A stretch of DNA of 37,179 nucleotides from a virus (lineage: Duplodnaviria > Caudoviricetes), in IMG/VR virus record IMGVR_UViG_3300032269_000625, positions 1 to 37,179 of that record; one strand, given 5' to 3'. Positions within the stretch are counted from its first letter, which is position 1, and the number at the start of each line of letters is the position of its first letter. Shown here one piece after another: positions 24,365 through 33,600 of the stretch. The notes beneath the pieces were generated by a model. It ran no database searches, had not been told where the DNA came from, and was given only the letters and a program-made list of their open reading frames with translations. A program made the translations under genes and the position numbers.

Positions 24365-26632
24365 GTGCCACAACTGCCATTCATAGACCCAGCCGCTCAA
24401 CTACCAGACGACGGCGCATCGCTGCTGTCTGCAAAGGAAGACAAGGCGAATAAAGGAGTAGCCAACGGTTATGCCCCGTTAGACGCAAATGCCAAAGTGC
24501 CAGTTGCCAACCTCCCCGACCAAGCATCCTTAGACGCAGAGGTTGATGCAAAGATCACAACTCACAACTCCGCAACTACATCAGTCCACGGAATTGCGAA
24601 TACGGCAAATCTAGTTCTAACTAGCGACTCAAGAATCTCGAGGATAGCTGGCGGGTCTATTAATACATCGAATGGCTTGTCGGGTGGTGGAGCATCTGGC
24701 GGGACAGGCGGAAATATAAATATTAGAGGAGGAAATGCTTCTGGTGTAGCTGGTGGGAATGGTGGAAGCATTGATTTAAGCGGGATGGGGGATACTGGAG
24801 GAGATATTGCAGGTAATGGTGGTAGCATAATTTCAGCTGGTTATTTCAACGGCATGAGCGGTGGCACTCTTAATATGTCTGGTAATGTTGGAGGAAATGG
24901 AGGAAGCATAACCACAACGGCAGGTGGTGGTGCGCCCGGCGGATCTATCAATACCAGCGCTTCGGGCGGCTACGAAGGTGGGTATATTAACACATCTTCT
25001 GCCGATGCGGCTGGTGGATATATTGATACGTCTGCTAAACGTGCTGAGTGGGGTGAAGATTTTGGTGGTGGCTACATCGATACATCTGGTGGGGGTGGTT
25101 ATATTAAGACATCAGGCAATGCTAGATCCTCTGGCGGTTATATTGACACATCTGGCGAAGTTGGGGGCGCCGGCGGCTACATAAACACCTCATCTAGTGG
25201 AAGCGCAACAGGTGGAAGCATAGACTTAAGGGCAAACGGAACTGGGTACGGCGGAAGCATCGTATCAACGGGGTTTGATAACTCCGCTAACGGAGGCACT
25301 TTGAACATGTCTGCTGGTATTGGAGGAAGCGGAGGTAGTATAACCACAACTGCCGGACCGAGCGCACCCGGAGGATCTATCAATACCAGCGCTTCGAGCG
25401 CTTCGGCCGGTGGGGATATTAATACATCTTCTTCTGATTCCCCAGGTGGTTATATTAACACATCTGGAAGCCTTGGCTCTGGCGGGAATATCGACACGCG
25501 AGGACAGATGCAAAATGGCGGTTCAATCAATACTTCTGGTGGTGTTGAGCACGAGTTTGGTGGTGCTGGCGGTTCAATCAATACTTCTGGAGGCACTTAT
25601 GACGGTGGCTCAATCAACACCTCGGATGGTGGTGGCTCAATCAATACAAGAGGGGTTGGCTCGATTCAGCTTGGAGTTATTGGAAGACGAACAACTCTTG
25701 TTGGTTCATCAAGCGAGTTGGGAAACAAGACAATTACTCTTCCAGGTATAACTGGAACGATTGCCCTTACAAGCGATTCAAGATTTACGGATGCAAGGAC
25801 TCCAACCGCACATACTCATGGAAACATAACCAATGACGGTAAAGTTCTTGTTCCATACGGAGGAATCCTTTCCGCAACTGGCGTGGATGCAGGATCATTT
25901 TCAAATGGCGCATTCCCAATGATTCAAGGTAGTGGAGCTGGTGGCGTTATTACCATACTCAATGGAGTAATTTCCGTTACAAGTGCTGGTACTGGATATG
26001 TGGATGGCGTTGCCACAAAAGCGGGTGGAAGCAGATTTAATTTAGTAACCCAATCTACTCAAAACGCCCCTGCCAATCTTCCAGTTATTACTACAACTGG
26101 AGGAGCGATTGCAGCTGGAGCTTTCGGCACTACAGCAAACACCTTCTGCCAAGGGAATGACGCAAGGCTTTCTAATGCGGGTTGCACTATTACGTTAGCA
26201 GGAACATCCAATACATTTGGAATTAATAGCAAATGGGCTTACGGATCTTTTGCTAATAAAGCACCACTAACGGCGGGGACAAGTTGGGTTAATTCAAGAG
26301 TTCGAGTGGACGGAGATTGGAAGATTATTGGAATTACAATACACCAATTTCTTGGAAACTCAATTACTGCTCCGATTAAATTCTATCTGGGCAAATGGAA
26401 TCAGGCGACACTAGTTTACGACCAAATGACAAATCAATCTAACACCGCATTTGAGGTCTCTGGATCTCAGGCTTCTGCGCTTTCTATTATATTTTCTCGT
26501 TTATCTGGAAATAATGTAATCAGCCTTACTGACGGAATGGAGATTGCATTAATCTTAGAGCTTGGGAATGGCACAGTAATGACTTCAAATACAACCTATA
26601 TTGTGGCAAATCTGCGTTGCGTAGCAGTATAA
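24365..26632 (+). CDS. Gly-rich repeat virion fibre / receptor-binding-like protein
   Basis: Fibre-type motifs KGVANGYAPLDANAKVP, DSRFTDARTPTAHTHGNITNDG and CQGNDARLSN, plus many GG(S/Y)I(N/D)TS repeats. Start estimated at GTG 24365. Confidence 0.75.
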   Translation: MPQLPFIDPAAQLPDDGASLLSAKEDKANKGVANGYAPLDANAKVPVANLPDQASLDAEVDAKITTHNSATTSVHGIANTANLVLTSDSRISRIAGGSINTSNGLSGGGASGGTGGNINIRGGNASGVAGGNGGSIDLSGMGDTGGDIAGNGGSIISAGYFNGMSGGTLNMSGNVGGNGGSITTTAGGGAPGGSINTSASGGYEGGYINTSSADAAGGYIDTSAKRAEWGEDFGGGYIDTSGGGGYIKTSGNARSSGGYIDTSGEVGGAGGYINTSSSGSATGGSIDLRANGTGYGGSIVSTGFDNSANGGTLNMSAGIGGSGGSITTTAGPSAPGGSINTSASSASAGGDINTSSSDSPGGYINTSGSLGSGGNIDTRGQMQNGGSINTSGGVEHEFGGAGGSINTSGGTYDGGSINTSDGGGSINTRGVGSIQLGVIGRRTTLVGSSSELGNKTITLPGITGTIALTSDSRFTDARTPTAHTHGNITNDGKVLVPYGGILSATGVDAGSFSNGAFPMIQGSGAGGVITILNGVISVTSAGTGYVDGVATKAGGSRFNLVTQSTQNAPANLPVITTTGGAIAAGAFGTTANTFCQGNDARLSNAGCTITLAGTSNTFGINSKWAYGSFANKAPLTAGTSWVNSRVRVDGDWKIIGITIHQFLGNSITAPIKFYLGKWNQATLVYDQMTNQSNTAFEVSGSQASALSIIFSRLSGNNVISLTDGMEIALILELGNGTVMTSNTTYIVANLRCVAV
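24650..25670 (+). repeat. Coding GGxI(N/D)TS repeat region with a higher-order duplication
   Basis: ggatctatcaataccagcgcttcg is identical at about 24941 and 25373. ggcggttcaatcaatacttctgg occurs twice, at about 25517 and 25568. Confidence 0.85.
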
Positions 26633-26636
26633 CAAG

Positions 26637-26846
26637 ATGAGCTACGACCGAGAAAATGAAGCCCTAGCAGCGATCTCCTATCTTCACGATGAGGGGTTCC
26701 TAGAGTGTTTCCTAGATAAGGATGGAACGCCGTGCGTTCGACTGACCATCGGACTCCGTGAGGCCAGAAAAACAATTTCTAAACTAGCGGAAAAAATAAA
26801 CAAACCTACCGACTCCGCCGACTGGTGGAAGTATGAAAAAAAATAA
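26637..26846 (+). CDS. Hypothetical protein
   Basis: 69 aa, ending in the D.ADWWK pattern common in phage ORFs. Confidence 0.7.
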   Translation: MSYDRENEALAAISYLHDEGFLECFLDKDGTPCVRLTIGLREARKTISKLAEKINKPTDSADWWKYEKK

Positions 26847-26942
26847 GCTTAAAAGCCTTTCAGAAAAACGCAAAGCCAACAAATTCGGAGAGTGGAAAAC
26901 AGACACCTTCGGATCTGGTAAGGGCACCGAAGTCTACTGGTC

Positions 26943-28706
26943 ATGGCCAAAGCAAAAGTCGAAGAAAAAGAATTAACCCTTGAGGCCGTCGAGGCCATAG
27001 CTCGCAAGGACTTTTTATCTTGGTGGGAGGGATTCACAAAGATCCTCAACAAAGATGCAAAGCTGGTTAATCCGGTTGCTAACTACTTGCAACGCCGAGT
27101 AGCAGAGATTGTTTCTTTCATGCGCGACAACCAGAAGCCAATTCGGCTTGTTGTGCTTAAGCCTCGCCAAATGGGAAGCTCAACCATTACTTCTGCCGTC
27201 ATAACGCACTTTGTTAGATCCATGCCAAACGTATCGGCATGTTTGATTGGTGACGAGTTGGACACATCGCAAAACCTTTTCAATATGGTCAATCGGTATA
27301 TCGAGAACGATTCGCTGGATTGGGGCAGTACCTACAACCCAAGCCGAGGTGAGTTCAGTCATGGCTCGCGAGTTGTGAAGGAAACCGCAAACGATCCTGG
27401 TGCGGGAAGGTCTATGACCCTGCAAGCCTTGCTTTGTTCTGAGGTAGCTCATTACCGCAGAGCTGGAGAGAGGTCTGGAGAGAAAATCCTATTGGCCATC
27501 CGTAACTGCGTTCCAGCAAAACCCGATACTATTGTGATCGAGGAGTCCACACCAAACGGAGCTGGTGGGGCTTTTTACAATACATGGCAGAACGCCGTGG
27601 AGTTTGAAGATTTCAAGAAAGGGCAGACCGGCAATGGCTATGTTCGGGTATTCGCGGCTTGGCACGACTTCGAGGAAAACAGCGAGCCACACGAGAATGA
27701 CCTTGAGCTGACCTTTCGAGAGGAGGATCTGAAAAGCCGGTTCAATTTAAGCAACGGACAGATCCTATGGAGGCGCAGGGTCCTAAAAGAAAAGTGCGCT
27801 GGCGATAGCAAGCAGTTTGACCAGGAGTATCCGAATGATCCGATTACATGCTTCTTAACTTCCGGCCGGCCGAGGTTTGACCAGGATGGAATGATTCACC
27901 TAGACCAGCTGGCAAGGAAAGAGCCTCTCTACGGAGTGTTGGATACACCGAGCAACTTCACCAAGCCAATCTTCAGAAAAACATCCCAGCAAGAAAGCTG
28001 GCTCTATGTGTGGGAGCAACCCCAGAGCATGGCCAGATACTTGATTGCGGTGGACGCTATGACTGGAAGCTCGCAAGTAAGCGGGGCGGATCCCGACGCA
28101 CATGCAGTCTTTGTGCTGAAAGCTGGATATCACGACGCAACTGACAAGTGGGTTCGACACTCGGTTGTGGCGAGGATCCGGCCACCATGCAGGGTCGACA
28201 TCGATGTATTGGCAGATCTAGTAGAAAGAATTGCCCTCTATTATGGAGGATGCCTAATTGTCCCGGAGGTCAACGGCCCAGGGCTTGCGCTCATCGAGCT
28301 GTTAAAGACAGCAGGCTTAAACATATACCAAAGGGAGATATTTAATCTGCGGGAGTCAAAGCGATCAAAAGCTCTCGGCTGGCAAACCACCGATAAGACA
28401 AGAAGGATGGTGGTGGAGAACCTTGCGTCTCACATTCGTGACTACAACGAGAAAGAGTTTGGGATCGATGTCTACTGCAAGCACGCAATCTCTGAGTTTA
28501 GGAGTTTTGTAATCGCAGAAAATGGAAGGCCGGAAGCTGCGACTGGGAAGCATGACGACGATGTGCTGGCAATAGCGATTGGACTAGCAACGATTGAGGG
28601 AGCAACGACATACACAGAGCCAAAGGCGATTCGAACTCTTCCGCCAGACTTGCAAAAGCTAGTTGATTCTCAGTCAAAAAGCCGTCTAGTCACCACCTTT
28701 AGTTAA
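26943..28706 (+). CDS. terL: Terminase large subunit
   Basis: Walker A VLKPRQMGSST, Walker B LLCSEVA, coupling motif EESTPNG, F.QEYP, and nuclease AVD...EVNG...HDDDVLA. Confidence 0.92.
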   Translation: MAKAKVEEKELTLEAVEAIARKDFLSWWEGFTKILNKDAKLVNPVANYLQRRVAEIVSFMRDNQKPIRLVVLKPRQMGSSTITSAVITHFVRSMPNVSACLIGDELDTSQNLFNMVNRYIENDSLDWGSTYNPSRGEFSHGSRVVKETANDPGAGRSMTLQALLCSEVAHYRRAGERSGEKILLAIRNCVPAKPDTIVIEESTPNGAGGAFYNTWQNAVEFEDFKKGQTGNGYVRVFAAWHDFEENSEPHENDLELTFREEDLKSRFNLSNGQILWRRRVLKEKCAGDSKQFDQEYPNDPITCFLTSGRPRFDQDGMIHLDQLARKEPLYGVLDTPSNFTKPIFRKTSQQESWLYVWEQPQSMARYLIAVDAMTGSSQVSGADPDAHAVFVLKAGYHDATDKWVRHSVVARIRPPCRVDIDVLADLVERIALYYGGCLIVPEVNGPGLALIELLKTAGLNIYQREIFNLRESKRSKALGWQTTDKTRRMVVENLASHIRDYNEKEFGIDVYCKHAISEFRSFVIAENGRPEAATGKHDDDVLAIAIGLATIEGATTYTEPKAIRTLPPDLQKLVDSQSKSRLVTTFS

Positions 28707-28763
28707 GCGGCACACAGCTACAGAAGTAGTTGTCCCGCATCTGCGCAGGGCAAGATTAGCTGG

Positions 28764-28913
28764 ATGAACAAATTCCAAAAATCAAGTCAAGATATGGGGC
28801 CAGAAGATGAGGCGCCAAAAAGCAAAGAAGCAAAAAGAGAGGCAGGACTGGAGATTAAAAAGCCAGTTCGCAAGGCCAAAAAGATGGACGTAAAGAAATC
28901 CTACCAGGAGTAA
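28764..28913 (+). CDS. 49 aa charged peptide
   Basis: MNKFQKSSQDMGPEDEAPKSK..., filling the gap before 28917. Confidence 0.45.
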   Translation: MNKFQKSSQDMGPEDEAPKSKEAKREAGLEIKKPVRKAKKMDVKKSYQE

Positions 28914-28916
28914 TTT

Positions 28917-29123
28917 ATGGAAAATAAATACGCTGGGCCTGCTCCAAAAAAACAAAAGCCAAAGTTCGACGTGGACACTCGGTTCGCTCAGGACATGCAA
29001 CCCATGGTTCATTATAACGCCGGCGAAACAGAATATAACAAGCCAGCAAAGACAAAAGCTGCCTTGGCAAAGATGGCTGACAAGCCACCCAAGATCAGCC
29101 CGCGGAAGGCGTACCAAGACTAA
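28917..29123 (+). CDS. Small basic hypothetical protein
   Basis: 68 aa, AGGAG upstream, abuts the next gene. Confidence 0.6.
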   Translation: MENKYAGPAPKKQKPKFDVDTRFAQDMQPMVHYNAGETEYNKPAKTKAALAKMADKPPKISPRKAYQD

Positions 29124-30611
29124 ATGGCTATTACGCCCATCGCTCAGCCAGAAGCAATGCGACGGATCGGCGGAGGACGCGGATCTGGAGGCGGGGATGA
29201 TTTTGCAGGCCTAGGCGGTTCTTTTGCAGGACCCGGATCTGAGTTTACGGCTTCTTACCTACAAAACCGCATTTCTGGCATGAGTCGGGCGACGGTTAGT
29301 CCTAGGGTTAATCAAAAGCGTGCGATGGCATCTCCAGAATTTGCCTTGGCTAAGACGCTTGGCATCAGCACCCCATATAATAGCGGTGGAAGCCAAGTGG
29401 ATGTGCAGGGAGCTAGAGATACGCTGAACAACCCGTATTCGACAAGGATGGATCGTGAGTACGCACAGCAAAGAATGGATAGATTCAATCAAAAGGCTGC
29501 AAACGCTCCATTAAACCCAGTCCTTGGTGTTGCTGGCCTAGGGAGGGCGTCCGAGCCTGACTACGCGGGGCCAGTCGGGAGTCAGGGCGCGTACGACGAA
29601 ATGCAAAAAAGATTCGGGAAGCCCCAGCAAAAGATTGCGCCGGTTCCTACAACCCCGGGGGCTACTGGCGGAGGCGCACCGCAACCAACGCAAGGCGCTC
29701 CTTCTGGTGATCAAGCCGCTGCACCAATGAGTCCACAGGCAGTAAGAAATGCTACCAGAGCGCCTATTGGTGCTGAAATTCCGGCAACCAGCGGAGAGCC
29801 AGCAAGCCAAAGAACTCCAACGCAGGAAACCACTAAGGGGCCAAGGCTAGATACCTACCGAGGACCAACTCCTACAGGTAACGCCGGCACGTACAAGGGA
29901 GGGCAGGAAGCAAGAGCGGCCGCAGATGCAAACCGAGCTGGATCAATGTCGCCTCAAGCGCAGATGCAGGGAGCTAACGATTACCGCAAGCAACAAGGAA
30001 TGGGCGAAGTGGATTTCGCTGGGCAAGAACCGAAGTACGACCAAGCCGGAATTAACAAAACGAACGCAAGGCAGAGTGCGGCTGTCCAAGCGATGTCCGG
30101 TACGCGGGATGCGGGGAAAAAGATGGAGGCCGCGGAAGCGCGAAACAAAGCTCAAGACGACAGGGAGGCAATCAAGAAGGGGTTTAACGACGAGTCCGAG
30201 ATGTTGGCAAATAAGCGGGCGGCAAACGAAAGCATGTTCGGCAATCCTTACGGACCAGACGGCGGGGAATCGTTCCGACAGAAAGAGAAAGCTCCAGAGC
30301 TTGCGCCATTGGGCGGATACGATGAGAAAATTGTTTCTGGGGCTAGAGGCGGGAATCCGGACGCCAAAAGAGGTGAAGAAGGATACATGGAGAAAGAGAC
30401 TGTCGCTGTCGGCCCAATGACCAATAAGCCAGCAAGCTCGCAAGCGGAGTATGACCAGAGGAGTAAGGCATTCGCTGAAGCAGGAGAAAAGCAGAAGCAG
30501 GACAACGCCGACGCAGCGAATCGCAAAAAGCAAGCCGCCCAGCAGAAGAATGTAGATGAGTTAAACAAGAAGTACGCCGGCCGGGATCCAATCCCAAGGA
30601 GAACGGCGTGA
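29124..30611 (+). CDS. Ala/Gly/Gln-rich, probably disordered protein; possible internal virion/ejection protein
   Basis: 495 aa low-complexity ORF immediately before the giant protein. The role is inferred from composition and position. Confidence 0.65.
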   Translation: MAITPIAQPEAMRRIGGGRGSGGGDDFAGLGGSFAGPGSEFTASYLQNRISGMSRATVSPRVNQKRAMASPEFALAKTLGISTPYNSGGSQVDVQGARDTLNNPYSTRMDREYAQQRMDRFNQKAANAPLNPVLGVAGLGRASEPDYAGPVGSQGAYDEMQKRFGKPQQKIAPVPTTPGATGGGAPQPTQGAPSGDQAAAPMSPQAVRNATRAPIGAEIPATSGEPASQRTPTQETTKGPRLDTYRGPTPTGNAGTYKGGQEARAAADANRAGSMSPQAQMQGANDYRKQQGMGEVDFAGQEPKYDQAGINKTNARQSAAVQAMSGTRDAGKKMEAAEARNKAQDDREAIKKGFNDESEMLANKRAANESMFGNPYGPDGGESFRQKEKAPELAPLGGYDEKIVSGARGGNPDAKRGEEGYMEKETVAVGPMTNKPASSQAEYDQRSKAFAEAGEKQKQDNADAANRKKQAAQQKNVDELNKKYAGRDPIPRRTA

Positions 30612-30669
30612 ACTGGGGATTAGGATCCGCATCCCAAGCGGCCCTGGCGTAAGCCTGCGGTAATTCAGA

Positions 30670-33600
30670 ATGTCCTTACCCGATTTTGGCGGAACTGGAA
30701 CTGACGGCAAGCCAGAGGATAACTTTGGCGGGCCAGAACCAGAGTTCGCGCCAAGGACAAGAGGTGAGGCTAGGGCGCTCGAGCAAGAGCAGACCGGGAA
30801 AATTAAGGAAGCTACAAAAGCGTACAACTACGGGTCAGAACAAGCCCTTGAAGAGGCTGGTATCAAGTATAAGAAGGACGAGCAAGGTTTTGTTCAGCCC
30901 CGCTACGCTCCAAATAATGAATTTGGAAGATCTATTGAGTTTGGCACTTCAGAGTTTCGCGATCCAATTACGGATGAGCAAAGGCAAATAGACGAGACAG
31001 GAAAGGTAAAGCCAAGGAAGCGCCAAAACGTATCCTATCGAGCTGGAGATGCAAATAATCCGAACTACCCAAATCCATCCCGGCTATACAGGGTGTACGC
31101 ACGCGAGCAGGACGCTGGCATCGCGGATCCAAACCAACCATTTGCAGCAACCAAAGCAGAGGATATTGGAAGTGCCTTCGACTTGCAGGGAGTTTCGGAT
31201 CAGGGCATTTCATCGCTGGCCAAGGAGACCGTAAGGAAGAATAGGCAATACGAGCTTGGTTCGGCCAAGTCAGTATTAGACGCAAGAGGTCAGCAGTTGG
31301 ATGTCGAGTCAGAGACGCTCAAATCCCAGATCGACACCCTTAACCAAACGCCGATCCCAGATTGGCAACCCGATGGCGACAAGATGGATCCAGCCATTGC
31401 CTCCGAGGTTGGAGGAAAGGCTGACGCCAAATCCAGACAAGATGCAGCAGCAAGAATTGGGATGTCTAGGGATCAGAAAATTGCAGATTTCAGCTCACAG
31501 CTGGCCGAAAAGAATAAAGAAAGAATCCGCAATCGCGCCCTTCAGGTTGAGCTTCAGTCCCAGATGTCGCTCGATGAAGGCGAATCGATCTACGACAACC
31601 GCGTTCAACAGCTTCTAAAGAATGGGGCAAAACAAGAGGATATTGATAAGGATCCGCTTATCGGAGCCATCCGAGAGGGGCTGACAAACATTCAGAAGCC
31701 TGTTCTGCCTTTGTCGGAGGTTTTTAAGGATCCGACATTAACCCCGCAGGCCATTTATGAGACAAGGGCATCTCAGCGAGAAAAGGGTAGAATTGAGGCC
31801 GAGGGAAGACTTGCCAAGGAAAAGGCCACAGAATTTCTAAAGCCATTCATTGAGCAAGCAACCGACACGTCCATCAGCTACACGACTCTGGCTGGGCGCA
31901 GAAACAGACTTTCATCGGTCTACAACAAGCTTTTGGATGACGCTGATGCGGCCGACACGAAGCAAAAGGGATCCGGATTAAACCTTAGAGCGCAAGCGTC
32001 TGGGTACGCCGAAGCCATTGGAGTTCTGGATGACCAGCTTAGTAAGGTTGGCAAGCAAGCCACAATTGCCGAGCAAAGCGCAAAGATCCAAGGCGAGTTT
32101 GCCAAAGAAAACGAAAAGAGAGTTCAGCAGGAGTTGCAGGGCAGGCTTACAAAACTTGAGCAAGAAACAAAGCAAAAGGTTGAAAAGCTAAAGCAACGCC
32201 GAGGACTAGAGGATGGAACCTTTATGGGACCGCCGGCTCCTGGTGATGTGCCTCCGGCCACTCCAACGCAAGGGACGCCACCAACTCAGCCTACGCCTAC
32301 GACGCCTCAACCACAGCCCGAAAGCCCGACAAGCTGGTTCAAAGGTGGTCTCAACAACCTATTCAGCAAAGACACGATGCGACAAGCGGCTCGAGGATAC
32401 TTCGAGCTAAATCAGAAGTTTGCTTCTGGTATTTACCTTTCCGCTGCAAACGCATTAAGACTTCGCGGAAAAGAGGTGCCGATATCGGGAGGTAAGCTCA
32501 AGACAGCTGGGGCTGCCTTTGTTGACGCCATGACTACATCGCCATCTATGCCCGCCAAAGTTATGGCGGTTCTAAGCATGGTTGATAGGCAGTTTGGCGG
32601 GAAACTTCACAACAGGGCGGCCAAGTTCTTTGAGGAATCTGCAACCGCAGCCAAAGAGAACGAGACGGCAATCCGTGAAGAGAAGTTCCTTGGACTTGAG
32701 CCAGTAAGCCCAGAGTGGCGCGAAAGCGATGTCGGCCAAGTGGTCAAATCTTTGACAGAGCTTCCGTTTTATATTGGCACAACAATGATCAATCCGGCTG
32801 TCGGATTTATTGCAACATTTGGCACATCTTATGATGATGCAATTCAAAACCAGCTAAACGCGGGTGTGAAGAACCCGGATCATGTTACGGCTTTAGCTGA
32901 AGCAATCCCGGTGGCGGCCTTTGAAAGCCTAGGGAATTTGGTCGAATTAGGGCTGGCAAAGTCGTTAGGGAAAAAGTTTATCCAAAACCTTGAGAGCATG
33001 ACAGCCAGAAGCCTTCGAGGGCTTTTTGCAAGCGCATCTCTGAAGATCGGGGGAGGTGCCGTAACCGAAGGAATGGAAGAAGGCGTCCAGCAATTTTGGT
33101 CAAACATGATTGCCAAGCATATCGGCAAATTCGATCCCAATAGACCGCTAGATAAAGACGTTTGGAAGAGCGTTAAAGTTGCGATGTGGGCTGGTGGAGC
33201 CGGAGTTACCGCAATGGGAGGCGGATCTGTTGCCCTGACAGGCGCACAGAATTACCTCAACGAGCGTGGCCTCAAGAAACAGGCCGACGAAATGAAGGCA
33301 GCCACAGAGGATATTCCAGCTAACGGATGGGAAGACTGGGGAAATAAACTTCCAGAGCAAATACTGGATCCTGGACTAGCCGAAAGCTTTGGCGAAATCA
33401 GTGCTGATCTTGACGAGCAACAAGGGAAGTTCCTAGTTGATTTGGCTGACAGCATCAAGGGTGCGCCATTCAGAAGATTGCTAGATCTTGGCAAATCAAT
33501 TGACGAAAGCCTCATTCAACCCCCTGCGCTCCAGAGCCGAGCGGCCGGGATCCTGACCGGAGCCAAAAATGAGCAATTGATTGGCGAGGCAAATTTATAT

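Noticed and set aside
24860-25465. DGR template/variable repeat pair, prompted by the Avd-like gene
   Set aside because: Differences between the two blocks are not adenine-specific, both blocks lie mid-gene in the same frame, and there is no reverse transcriptase in the window.
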